Origin: an uncultured Alphaproteobacteria bacterium
GTDB lineage: Bacteria > Pseudomonadota > Alphaproteobacteria > Rhizobiales > Xanthobacteraceae
Assembly: GCA_963793985.1 (NCBI GenBank)
Contig: CAWCCG010000008.1
Location: 25,707-89,706, forward strand
DNA length: 64,000 nucleotides
Direction of reading: 5' to 3'
Each line of letters begins with the position of its first letter. The stretch's first letter is position 1. The notes under the pieces are model-generated. The model did not search any database, was not told where the DNA came from, and was given only the letters and a program-made list of their open reading frames with translations. Positions 48,052 through 59,324 of this stretch are shown here, piece by piece. The position numbers and the translations under genes were made by a program.

Positions 48052-50143
48052 GTCGTTCTCGGCGAAGCCTTTGCGGATCGCACGACCAGGATGCCGTGCG
48101 GATCGACCTCCGCGTCCTGGCCCGGAAACACCACCGTCGTCGATCCGAACTCCTCGATCACGGCGGGGCCCGCGAGCCGGGAGCCGGCCGGCAGCGCCGC
48201 GCGATCATAGATCGGCGTATCGCGGAACGCGCCATCGAAAAACACCCCGCGCCGCGATTTCGGCGCGGCCGTTTGCGTCGCTGCTGGCGCGAGCTTCGGC
48301 AGGCTCGGCCGCTCGATCAGCCCGAAGCCGGACACGCAGAAATTCACCAGCTCGACCTTCTGCGCGCCGGCATAATCGTAGCCGAAGGTGCGCCGGTGCA
48401 TGGCATGAAAGGCGTCGATGAGGCCTTCGAGAAACGCCGCGTCGATCGCGCCCGCCGGCGCCGGCACCCGCACTTCCATGGATTGTCCGGCGTAGCGCAG
48501 GTCCGCTTCGCGCATCATGCGCATGCGCGCCGGCGCGATGCCGTCGGCGAGGAGCGTCGCGGTCGCGGCCTGCTCCATCTCCGCATAGGCCGCGGCGATG
48601 GCGTCGAGATCGGCGGCGTCCTCGTGCATGACCTTGGTGCGGATGTGATCGGTGCGCCAGTCGACCGCGAGCAGGCCGAAGGCGCTCAGATTGCCGGGAT
48701 CGAGCGGCACGATGCAGGCCTTCATGCCGAGCAGCTCCATCACCGCCGGCGACTGCGCCGGCCCGGCGCCGCCGAACGAGAGCAGCGCGAAGGCGCGGGG
48801 ATCGATGCCGCGTTGGATGGTCATCTGGCGGATCGCATTGGCCTGGCTCCAGTTCGCGATCTCGATGATGCCGTGGGCGAGCTCCTCCGCGCTCATGTTG
48901 CCGGGGAGCCGACGCGCCAGCGCCGCGAGCCCCGCACGCGCACGATCGGCATCGAGCGCGATGCCGCCGCCGATGAGCGCCGGCGGGATACGTCCGAGCA
49001 CGAGATTGGCATCGGTGATGGTCGGCTCGCTGCCGCCGTTCGGATAGCACATCGGGCCGGGCTCGGCGCCGGCGCTGCGCGGCCCCACCTTGAGGTGGCC
49101 CTCGCGGCGTGAGCCAGGCGATCGACCCGCCGCCGGTGCCGATCGTCTCGATGTCGATCATCGGAATCCGGATCGGAAACGGCCCGACCGATCCCGCATT
49201 CGTCACCTGCGGCTTGCCGCCTTCGATCAGGCAGAGATCGGTCGAGGTGCCGCCGGCATCGAGGGTCACGACGTCGGGAAAGCCGGCGATGCCGGCGATG
49301 ACCGCGCTGCCGAGCGCGCCGGCCGCCGGCCCCGACAAGGCGGTGGTGATCGGCTTGCGCACGACTTCGCTCGCGCTCGCGACCCCGCCGCTCGACTGCA
49401 TCACCAGGAACGGCACGTCCTTGAGCCCCTCGCCCGAGCTCGTCGTGCACGCGCCGGAGATAGCGTTCCATGTGCGGCTTGACGAAAGCGTCGACCAGCG
49501 TCGTCACCGTGCGCTCGTACTCGCGGTATTCCGGCAGGACGGAGGAGGACAGCGACAGCGTCGCCTCCGGGTACTCCTGCGCGACGATCTCGGCGGTACG
49601 CCGCTCATGGGCGGGGTTGGCATAGGAGTGGATCAGCGAAATGCCGATGGCGCGGATGCCGCGCTCGCGGAAGAACCGCGCCGCGGCGCGCACGCTCGCT
49701 TCGTCCAATGGACGCAGCTCTTCGCCCTTGTAGTCGAGCCGGCCGCCGACCTCGCACACGAGGCGCAGCGGCACGATCCGTTCCGGCTTCACCCAGAAAT
49801 ACGAGTTGCCGTAGCCCTCGGGCACCGATTGCCGCGCGATCTCGAGAATGTGGCGGAAGCCCGCGGTGACGATCAGCCCGAGCGAGGAGATCTCACCCTG
49901 CAGCAGCGCGTTGGTGGCGACGGTGGTGCCGTGGGCGAGGCTGGTGACGTCCGCAGCGGCGGCGCCGGCCTTCTCCAGGATCGCCGCTACGCCGCGCACA
50001 AGTCCCACTGCGGGATTCGACGGCGTGCTCGCGACCTTGGTGACCCGCATCGCACCCGAACCGGTGTCGACGGCAACGATGTCGGTGAAGGTCCCGCCGG
50101 TGTCGATGCCGATCCGAAAGCGCGAAGTTCCTGTCTGCGCCAT
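48048..50143 (-). pseudogene. hyuA: Hydantoinase A / oxoprolinase family protein, two frame changes
   Basis: FRIGIDTGGTFTDIVAVD, HGTTVATNALLQ, SLIHSYANPAHE, VMQSSGGV, VTLDAGGTSTDLCLI, IETIGTGGGSIAW, LLSFGGAGP. Shifts near 49430 and 49095. The stop overlaps the hyuB start. Confidence 0.85.
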
Positions 50144-50322
50144 CCCTGTCTCTGCCGTCCGCACTCCCCCCGCTGTTCGACATCGAGCGCGCGGCACGTG
50201 TCAATAGGACCAAGAGATTAGTCCCACAGACCGATCGCGCGATGACGGGGGCCGCGAGCTTTGATGAGGCCGCGGAAACGGGCTAGATTCGCTCCGGGTG
50301 AGGCGACCGAACGGAGCTTTCC

Positions 50323-50578
50323 ATGCGCCTTCCGATTCTATCCATCTTGCTGATCGCTGCAGCGCTTGCCGCCGAGATGGTTCCTGCGGCGGCTCAATCG
50401 CCCACCAGCTATCCCTGGTGCGCCAGGATGCCCAAGATCCGATGGCGACGCCACGTCCTGCTACTTCACGAGCTACCGGCAGTGCATGACGACGCTGTCC
50501 GGCATCGGCGGATATTGCTACCAGAGCCCCTATTATCACGCGGCCGCCGCCAAGGGCCGTCCGCGCGTTGTCAGGTGA
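50323..50578 (+). pseudogene. DUF3551-family small secreted protein, one frame change
   Basis: Signal MRLPILSILLIAAALAAEMVPAAA, then YPWCA. A shift near 50430 precedes GDATSCYFTSYRQCMTTLSGIGGYCYQSPYY, the Cys pattern I associate with DUF3551. Confidence 0.65.
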
Positions 50579-50642
50579 GACGGACAGCCAAGCTTTGACT
50601 GCGCAAGGGTGGCGTAGCGCACACCGTCCCTGTCGCGCGTGA

Positions 50643-50957
50643 TCATCCGCGGCCTGCCGAAGAGGCGGCTTTCCCTTTGCCGCGTTTGGCGGCCCGCGAG
50701 AAGCTGCTCGTGGTACAGCATGAGCAACTGCCGCCGTGGGCGCCGGCCGACGATCGGCCCTCGCCGCCGCTGCGCTCGCTCGCCGCCCGGGCGAGCCGCG
50801 TCGACGGCGAAGCCGTCGAGCAATAGGGGGCGGTGAGCATGACGCGCGGTGCGCTGGCCTGGCACAGCGGGCAGTCGGCCGGCAGCTCGTATTCCGACAT
50901 CGACCGCATCAGCTTGAACGGCCCGCAGCCTTCGCACAGGTATTCGTAAACCGGCAT
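50643..50957 (-). CDS. FmdB-family zinc-ribbon protein
   Basis: MPVYEYLCEGCGPF...CPLC (a CxxC...CxxC ribbon), followed by a Ser/Ala/Gly-rich tail. The ATG at 50957 follows GGAGAGG. Confidence 0.7.
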   Translation of the reverse strand: MPVYEYLCEGCGPFKLMRSMSEYELPADCPLCQASAPRVMLTAPYCSTASPSTRLARAASERSGGEGRSSAGAHGGSCSCCTTSSFSRAAKRGKGKAASSAGRG

Positions 50958-51204
50958 CAACCTCTCCGGAGGAACCTAGGGTCGCGACAAGAATATGGCG
51001 CGGCGGTTCCGCGGCGCCACTGTTTTTTCATGCCATGCGTTTTTCAGTGACGGCGCTCGCCTGTCGGGCACGAAGCGCCGCATCACCCGTCCTTCACCGT
51101 GTACCGCAGCCTCCTTTTGAGCAGGACCGAGCCATCTGCGGCAATCCTGCACAATCGTTCTCGGACGCAGCCCCTACGTCACGCGTGCCTGGGGACTAAA
51201 GGAG

Positions 51205-51453
51205 ATGAAGATGATGCCTCATGCACTGCGTCTTGCGGCGGCGGCAGCCGCCATCGGGATCATGAGTGTCGGGACGCTCTCGCAAGCGCTCGCGCAGACC
51301 GTGCCGCATCCTCACGCGAGGGGCTACGCGCGTACCTATCGGCCGCCGCCCGCGGCATATCAGGAGTACCCCTACAGCTATTCCTACGGCGGGTACAGCT
51401 ACGGCGGATACACCAACCGCGGCGGCTGCTCGGATTCGCCGGCGGAATGCTGA
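51205..51453 (+). CDS. Small secreted Tyr/Gly-rich hypothetical protein
   Basis: AAAGGAG then ATG. Signal MKMMPHALRLAAAAAAIGIMSVGTLSQALA, then YPYSYSYGGYSYGGY. No family recognised. Confidence 0.4.
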   Translation: MKMMPHALRLAAAAAAIGIMSVGTLSQALAQTVPHPHARGYARTYRPPPAAYQEYPYSYSYGGYSYGGYTNRGGCSDSPAEC

Positions 51454-51616
51454 TCGCGGCGCCTGCGGCCGATCCGATCGCAGGCCGATGCTGCTCAGAC
51501 GATCCTCTCAAACAGACAGCGCCCACGGATGTGCCCGTGGGCGCGCTTCCGGCGGATGGAGATGCCGTGTGCACCGAAACGTCCGGTAGATGCGCATGGC
51601 TCTCCTTAACAGCGAC

Positions 51617-51827
51617 ATGACCGACAAGATAAAGGACGCCAGGCACTGGCGCGATCGATCGGCCGAGATCCGGGCCCGCGCTGCCGAAATGCAGGACGGG
51701 GCTTCCCGCCGCGTGATGCTTTCCATCGCGGAGAGCTACGAAGCTCCTGGCGCAGCGGGCGGAAGGAAGTCGCCGATCGATCCGACAAGACCGGGCAGGA
51801 AGACTGACAACGGCTTCGCGCCGGTGA
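51617..51827 (+). pseudogene. Small helical hypothetical protein (possible frame change)
   Basis: MTDKIKDARHWRDRSAEIRARAAEMQDGASRRVMLSIAESYE continues most plausibly in another frame as KLLAQRAEGSRR, with the stop at 51825-51827. It resembles small proteins common in Bradyrhizobium. Weak call. Confidence 0.3.
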
Positions 51828-51937
51828 TGATCCTCGCCGAGGGTCGCGAGCGGGCGTGTCGCGCGCCGCACGTTGACGGCTCCCAGACGTCGACTTAGCC
51901 TCCATGCTCACTCCGTCAGAGCATGAGGAGGTTCGGC

Positions 51938-52638
51938 ATGCACCGCTATGTCGTTTCCGATGCCGTAAAGACGCGCCTCCTCGAGAGACAAGGCAAGCTC
52001 GCCAGCCGCGACACGATCGATGCCGCGCGCGCGGCGCTGGTCGTCGTCGACATGCAGAACCACTTCGTCGCTCCGGGGTTTCCCGCCGAAGTGCCGCTCG
52101 TCGCGCGAGATCGTGCCGAACATCAATCGCCTGGCGCAGGCGATGCGCGCCGCCGGCGGAACGGTCGTGTGGATTCAGACGACGGCGGCGGGCGGGCTCG
52201 AGGAGTGGAGCAACTACCACCGCCACATGCTCACTCCGGAGCGCCGGCAGAAGCGCCTCGCCAGCCTCGATGAGAGCCGCCGAGGGTTTCAAGCTCTTTC
52301 CGGCGCTCGAGGTGCTGCCGGACGATCTGCGGGTCAAGAAGATCAAGTACAGCGCGTTCATCGCGGGATCGTCGGACATCGACGCGCAGCTCAAGAGCCG
52401 CGGCATCGACAGCGTGCTGATCACCGGCACGGCGACGAACGTGTGCTGCGAATCGAGCGCGCGCGACGCCATGATGCTCGACTACCGCGTGACCATGGTC
52501 TCCGATGGCAACGCCACCTGGACCGACGAGGAGCACGCCGCCACGCTGAACAGCTTCCTGCTGTTCTTCGGGGACGTGATGACGACCGACGAAGCGATCG
52601 CGAAGCTCGTTCCGGTGATGAGCCGCAAGAGCGCGTAA
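51938..52638 (+). pseudogene. Isochorismatase-family cysteine hydrolase, two frame changes
   Basis: AALVVVDMQNHF (catalytic Asp), a shift, NINRLAQAMRAAGGTVVWIQ, a shift, KIKYSAFIAGSSDIDAQLKSRGIDSVLITGTATNVCCESSARDA (Lys and the catalytic Cys in TNVCCES). Confidence 0.75.
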
Positions 52639-52916
52639 GAGCGGCGTCGCCGGCACCCTCCGGCGCGAGAATACTTGACGGCGCTCTCCCAGCCGGCCGG
52701 GCGTGGGCCAGCCCGTCCGCCTTCCGGAAAACATCACCCTTTCGTGCTGCGCGCGGATGATGTAGCCTTGGCCACGCGCTGCCGGGGACGTGCCGAAGTC
52801 CAGAACAAGTCGCAGCGGCGTTGCCGACGGCCGGCGAGGCATTTCGAGAATGGACTGAAATTGAGGGGCGGATCGCGGACGACAATTTGCCGTCGTCGCG
52901 CATTTCGAGACCGCCG

Positions 52917-54530
52917 ATGGAGGGCGTGATGATTGGCTGTCGCTTGGTTGCCGCGCTGACCGGTTTGCTGCTCCTCCTTCTGCCGGCGCGGGGCGAGGTG
53001 CTGCGCATCGCGATGACCGCCTCGGACATCCCGACCACGACCGGCATGCCGAACAACGGCTTCGAGGGCATGCGCTTCCTCGGCTATCCGATCTTCGAGG
53101 GGCTGGTGCTGTGGGATCTGTCCAGCGCCGACCAAGCTCGCCGGCTTGCGGCCCGGCCTCGCCGAAAGATGGGAGCAGGCCACGGACGACAAGAAGACCT
53201 GGATCTTCCACCTGCGCCACGGCGTGAAGTTCCACGACGGCACCGACTTCAACGCCGACGCGGTGATCTGGAATCTCGACCGCTACTTCAAGAACGACAG
53301 CCCGCAATTCGAGCCGCCGGCCGCCGGCATCGACGCGCGCGCGCGTGCCGGTGATGGACAGCTATCGCAAGATCGACGACTACACGGTGGCGATCACCAC
53401 CAAGGAGCCGGCGTCCTATTTCCCCTATATGGCGGTCTACATCTTGTTCACCTCGCCGGCCTCGTTCGAGAAGGCCGGCCACGATTGGGGAAGGTCGCGA
53501 CGCTGCCGGCCGCCGGCACCGGGCCCGTTCCGGATCACCAAGGTGGTGCCGCGCGAGATCGTCGAGCTTGCCCGCTTCGACGACTATTGGGACGCCGGCC
53601 ACAAGGCAAGGTCGACGGCATCCGCCTCTTGCCGATGCCCGGAGGCCGACCAGCCGGCTCGCCGCGCTGCGCTCGGGCCAGGTCGACTGGATCGAGGTGC
53701 CGCCGCCCGACGGCATCCCCTCGCTCAAGGCGGCGGGCTTCGACGATCGTCACCAATTCCTATCCGCATGACTGGCCGTGGATGTTCAACATCGGCGCGA
53801 CCAACTCGCCGTTCAAGGACGTGCGGGTGCGCCAGGCGCTCAACTACTGCATCGACCGCGCCGGGCTGGTCGCGCTCCTCAACGGCACCGCCGAGCCCTC
53901 GGTCGGCTGGCTCAAGCCGACCGACGCCGGGCTTCGGCAAGCCGGCGAACCGCTACGGCTTCGATCCCGCCAAGGGAAAGGCGCTGCTCGCGGCGGCGGG
54001 CTACACGGCGGCGAAGCCGCTCTCGTTCAAGGTGATGATCTCGACCTCCGGCTCCGGCCAGATGCTGCCGCTGCCGATGAACGAGTACCTGCAGGACAAT
54101 CTCAAGCAGGCCTGCGGCGTCAACGTCGATTTCGACACCGTGGAATGGCAGGTGCTGCTCACCGCCGTGCGCGCGACGCCCGACAGTCCGACGCTGCACG
54201 GCGCGATGGCGCTCAATGTCTCGTCGCCGTCGTCCGACGTCGGCATCATGGCGCGCTACTTCTCGTCGGCCAACTTCTCCCCCAATGGCTTCAACTTCGA
54301 GCAGTGGAAGGACGACAAGTTCGACGCGGCGCTGGCGACACTCGCCGCAGCGACCGACGCCGGCCACCATCGATGCGTCCTACCGGACCGCCAATGAGCG
54401 GCTGGTCGACAATCCGCCGTGGCTCTTCATCGTCCATGACCTCAACCCGCGGGCCATGACCAAGCGGGTCCAGGGCTTCGTCTCGGCGCAGTCGTGGTTC
54501 CTCGATCTCACCCTGGTCAGCTTGCACTGA
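52917..54530 (+). pseudogene. ABC substrate-binding protein, family 5 (peptide/nickel/opine type), multiply frameshifted
   Basis: Signal IGCRLVAALTGLLLLLLPARG. Then [89 protein letters not shown] and [13 protein letters not shown], spread over all three frames. At least 9 frame changes by eye. Confidence 0.8.
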
Positions 54531-54709
54531 TCTGAGCGGGCGCGTTGATGCGAGCATGCGCTCGGCGCATGCCCTGGGGCGGCCTTGCCTCGGTTGTGAT
54601 CCTGCTCGCCCCGGGCTCGGACAACGCCTACGAACCGGCAAAACCGGCATGAAATATGCCTCCATGCGCGATGAAATCAGCGGGAAATGCCCAATCCGGA
54701 GGACATGCC

Positions 54710-56323
54710 ATGCCACGTCTGTTGGCCCTCATTGCCGCGATCATCCTGACGGCGAGGCGGCGCGGGCGCTGCGCTCGCGCAAGGCACGCTGCGCATCGGC
54801 ATGACGGCGTCGGACATTCCGCTGACGACCGGCCAGACCGACAACGGCGGCGAGGGCATGCGCTTCCTCGGCTATACGGTCTACGACGCGCTCATCAACT
54901 GGGACCTGAGCTCGCGCGCGACAAGGCGTCCGACATCGTCCCCGGGCTCGCCGACCTCGTGGGCGGTCGATGAAGCCGACAAGACGCGCTGGATCGTTCA
55001 AGCTGCGCCCCGGCGTGACCTTCCATGACGGCAGCGACTTCACCGCCGACAGTCGGCGGTCTGGAACCTCGACAAGCTCCTCAACGACAGAGTCGCCGCA
55101 ATACGACCCGCGCCAATCGGCGACAGGGGCGCACGCGCATTCCGGCCGTCGCGTCGTACCGCGCCGTCGACGACTATGACGGTCGAGATCATCACCAAGG
55201 CGCCGGACGCGACGCTGCCCTATCAGATCGCCTGGGTCATGATGTCGTCGCCGGCGCAGTTCGAGAAGGTCGGCAGGAACTGGGATGCCTTCGCCAAGAC
55301 GCCGTCCGGCACCGGCCCGTGGAAGCTCGACCGCCTTCGTGCCGCGCGAGCGCGCCGAGATGGTGCCGAACCCCGACTATTGGGACAAGAAGCGGGTGCC
55401 GAAGCTCGACAAGATGGTGCTGATCCCGCTGCCCGAGGCGAATGCGCGGATCGCGGCGCTGCGCGCCGGCCAGGTCGACTGGATCGAGGCGCCGCCGCCC
55501 GATGCCGTGACCGTCGCTCACCAAGGCGCCGGATACAGTCATCATCACCAATGCGTATCCGCACAACTGGACCTGGCACCTGTCGCGCGTCGCCGGCTCG
55601 CCGTGGAACGACATCCGCGTGCGCAAGGCCGCCAATCTCGCGATCGACCGCGAGGGCATGAAGGAATTGCTGTCCGGCCTCATGATCCCGGCGAAGGGCT
55701 TCTTCCCGCCGGGCCATCAATGGTTCGGCAATCCGAAGTTCAACCTGACCTACGATCCGGCGCAGGCGAAGAAGCTGCTGGCGGAAGCCGGTTACGGCCC
55801 GAACAAGCCGCTCACCACCAAGATCCTGATCTCGGCGTCAGGCTCGGGCCAGATGCAGCCGTTGCCGATGAACGAGTTCGTCCAGCAGAATCTCGCCGAG
55901 GTCGGCATCAAGGTCGACTTCGAGGTGGTCGAGTGGAACACCCTCATCAACATCTGGCGGGCCGGCGCCAAGCATGACAGCTCCCGCGGCGCCACCGGCA
56001 TGAACTACACCTACTTCATCCAGGACCCCTTCACCGCGCTCATCCGGCACGTCCAATGCGACTTCGCGCCGCCGGCCGGGACCAATTGGGGCTACTATTG
56101 CGATCCCGAGATGGACAAGCTGCTCGGCGAGGTGCGCGCCGCCTTCGATCCTGCCGAGCAGACCAAGGTGCTGCAGAAGGTCCACGAGAAATACGTCGAC
56201 GACGCGCTGTTCCTGATGGTGACCCACGACGTCAATCCGCGCGCCATGAGCCCGAAGGTGAAAGGCTTCGTGCAGGCGCAGAACTGGTTCCAGGATTTTT
56301 CGCCGATCTGGATGGCGAAGTGA
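54710..56323 (+). pseudogene. ABC substrate-binding protein, family 5 (paralog), frameshifted in its first half
   Basis: [60 protein letters not shown], and VRKAANLAIDREG onward, which is intact in ORF 55619-56323. About 5-6 frame changes before 55620. Confidence 0.8.
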
Positions 56324-56399
56324 CGAGAGCGCTCGCGTCGCTGACACCGGGTCCGGCTTACACGCGATCCGGCACGATGGCTTCGCAGGCCTCGATGCG

Positions 56400-57354
56400 A
56401 TGCTGATCTACACCTTGAAGCGCCTCGTCTACGTGACGCCGGTCGTGATCGGCGTCAGCATCATCTGCTTTCTCCTCGTCCACATCGCGCCGGGCGATCC
56501 GCTCTCCGCGATCCTGCCGGCCGATGCGACGCAGGAGCTTGGTCGACCAGATGCGCGCCGAATACGGCTTCGACAAGCCGCTGCCGGTGCAATACGCGCT
56601 GTGGTTCTGGCAGGTCCTGCACGGCAATCTCGGCACCTCGATCGCGACCGGCCGGCCGGTCGCGAGCGAAGTGTCGCGCGCGGTCGGCAACACCCTGATC
56701 CTGGCGAGCGTCGCCACGTTGATCGGGTTCGCCTTCGGCACGTTCTTCGGCTTCGTCGCCGGCTACTTCCGCGGCTCGTGGCTCGACAGGACTGCGTCGC
56801 TGGTGTCGGTGCTCGGCGTGAGCGTGCCGCATTACTGGCTCGGCATGGTGCTCGTCATCATCTTCTCGGTCGAGCTCAACTGGCTGCCGCCGACCGGCGC
56901 CGGGCCCGACGGCTCGGCCGCGTGGCGCCCCGACGCGGCGCATCTGCGCTACATCATCCTGCCCGCGATCACCATGTCGGTCATCCCGATGGGCGTGATC
57001 GCGCGCACGGTGCGGGCGCTGGTCGCCGAAATCCTCGACCAGGAATTCGTGCAGGCGCTGCGCGCCAAGGGCCTGCGCGAGTTCGGCGTGTTTCGCCACG
57101 TCGTGACCAATGCGGCGCCGACTGCGCTCGCCGTGATGGGCCTGCAGCTCGGCTATCTGCTCGGCGGCTCGATCCTGATCGAGACCGTGTTCTCCTGGCC
57201 GGGCACCGGCTTCCTGCTCAATGCGGCGATCTTCCAGCGCGACCTGCCGCTGCTGCAGGGGACCATCCTGGTGCTGGCGCTGTTCTTCGTCATGCTGAAC
57301 CTCATGGTCGACGTGGTGCAGACCGCGCTCGATCCGCGAATCAAACGGGCCTGA
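56400..57354 (+). pseudogene. ABC permease (DppB/OppB-like), one frame change
   Basis: MLIYTLKRLVYVTPVVIGVSIICFLLVHIAPGDP, a shift near 56540, then ORF 56524-57354 with the EAA loop FVQALRAKGLREFGVFRHVVTNAAP. Confidence 0.85.
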
Positions 57355-57359
57355 CGCAG

Positions 57360-58257
57360 ATGACGGCCGTCACCGACATCGGTTTGGACGCGCCATCCAT
57401 ACACCGGGAGGCCGCATCGCCCGCGGCTATTGGGCCGGCGGTCGGCCGCCGGCTGCTTCGCGATCCCGTCGCGGTCGTCGCCGCGGTCATCATTCTCGCG
57501 ATCGTGCTGTCCGCGATCTTCGCGCCGTGGATCGCGCCCGCCGATCCCTATCGCGGCGCGATGCTGCGCCGCCTGCGCCCGATCGGCGACGCGCTCTATC
57601 CGCTCGGCTCCGACGAACTCGGCCGCGATATGCTGAGCCGCCTCATCTATGGCGGCCGCCTGTCGCTGCTGATGGGCCTGCTGCCCGGTCGTCTTCGCGT
57701 TCTGCGTCGGCTCGGCGATCGGGATTTTCGCGGGCTTCGTCGGCGGCCGCGTCAACACGCTGATCATGCGCACGGTCGACGTGTTCTTCGCCTTTCCCTC
57801 CGTGCTGCTCGCGATCGCGCTCTCGGGCGCGCTCGGCGCCGGCATCGTCAACGCCATCGCCTCGCTCACCGTCGTGTTCACGCCGCAGGTGACGCGCATC
57901 GCGGAAGCGGTCACCACCCAGATCAGGACGCGCGACTTCGTCGAAGCGGCGCGGGTCAGCGGCGCCGGGCCGTTCGCCATCATCCGGGTGCATGTGCTCG
58001 GCAACGTGCTGGGGCCGATCTTCGTCTATGCGACGAGCCTGATCAGCGTGTCGATGATCCTCGCCTCCGGCCTGTCGTTCCTCGGCCTCGGCTCCAAGCC
58101 GCCGGAGCCCGAATGGGGCCTGATGCTCAATACGCTGCGCACGGCGATCTACGTCCAGCCGGTGGTGGCGGCGCTGCCGGGCGTCATGATCTTCATCACC
58201 TCGATCTCGTTCAACCTCCTCTCCGACGGCCTGCGGTCGGCGATGGAGGTCAAGTGA
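57360..58257 (+). pseudogene. ABC permease (DppC/OppC-like), one or two frame changes
   Basis: LRDPVAVVAAVIILAIVLSAIFAPWIAPADPY, GSDELGRDMLSRLIYGGRLSL, a shift near 57690, then ORF 57766-58257 (FVEAARVSGAGPFAIIRVHVLGNV). Confidence 0.85.
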
Positions 58258-59324
58258 TGGAGTGGCTCCGCGACGACATCCGCGCGCGCGATCGCGGCGG
58301 GCCGGCGCAGCCGCTGTTGTCGGTACGCGACCTCGTCAAGCATTTCGGCGGCCAGCCGCATCTGGCTCGGCGAACATGCGGGCGAACGACGCGGCGCGGT
58401 GCGCGCCGTCGACGGCGTCTCGTTCGAGGTGGCGAAGGGCGAGACGCTCGGCATCGTCGGCGAGTCCGGCTGCGGCAAGTCGACGCTCGCGCGCCTCATC
58501 ATGCAGATCATGCCGGCCGACGCCGGCGAATTGCTGTTCGACGGCCAGGCCGTCGGGACCCCGGAGCTCGAGCTCGCGCAATACCGCCGCGAGGTGCAGA
58601 TGGTGTTCCAGGACAGCTACGCCTCGCTCAATCCGCGCCTCACCGTCGAGGAGACCGTGGCGTTCGGGCCGCGGGTGCATGGTGTGCCCCGGCGCGCAGG
58701 CGGTCGCCCGCGCCCATGATTTCATCTCGCGCGTCGGGCTCGATCCCGTGCGCTTTGCGGCGCGCTATCCGCACGAGCTGTCCGGCGGGCAGCGCCAGCG
58801 CGTCAACATCGCCCGCGCGCTCGCCCTCGCAGCCGCGGTTGCTCATCCTCGACGAAGCGGTGTCGGCGCTCGACAAGTCGATCGAAGCGCAGGTGCTCAA
58901 CCTGCTCGTCGACCTCAAGGCCGAGTTCGGGCTCACCTACATGTTCATCTCGCACGATCTCAACGTCGTGCGGTTCATGTCCGACCGCGTGATGGTGATG
59001 TATCTCGGCAAGGTCGCCGAGCTCGGCGGCTCCGACGTCCTCCTGGCCAATCCGCGCCACCCCTACACGATGGCCCTGCTCGCCTCGATGCCGTCGATGG
59101 ATCCGGACCATCGCACCATGGAGGCGCCGCTGACCGGGGATCCGCCCAACCCGATCAATCCGCCGGCGGGCTGCCGCTTCCATACCCGCTGCCGGTTCGC
59201 CGCGCCGATCTGTGCCGAGGTCGCGCCGCCTCTCGCCGAGGTCGGGCCCACTCACCGGGTCGCTTGCCTGATGGCGACGCCGGGCTCCGGCTATCCCCTG
59301 CCTCGCGCGCCGGTCGCGGCATGA
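58257..59324 (+). pseudogene. ABC ATP-binding protein (DppF/OppF-like), frameshifted
   Basis: TGATG start overlap with the upstream stop. Walker A (GESGCGKST) in ORF 58399-58719, LSGGQRQR, Walker B (LLILDEAVSALD), ISHD, and the C-terminal oligopeptide-type Cys motif CRFHTRC. About 3 frame changes. Confidence 0.85.

Noticed and set aside
45676-48210. 844-aa plus-strand ORF (and 44757-46433) opposite the hyuB and amidohydrolase genes
   Set aside because: These are antisense shadow ORFs. The minus-strand genes have unambiguous hydantoinase B and AtzD-family motifs.
56400-59324. 974-aa ORF spanning three ABC transporter genes
   Set aside because: Only its first ~45 and last ~190 residues are real protein sequence (the permease N-terminus and the ATPase C-terminus). 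The middle is Arg/Ala/Gly-rich out-of-frame translation of the DppB/DppC-like genes, which are read correctly by ORFs 56524-57354 and 57766-58257.
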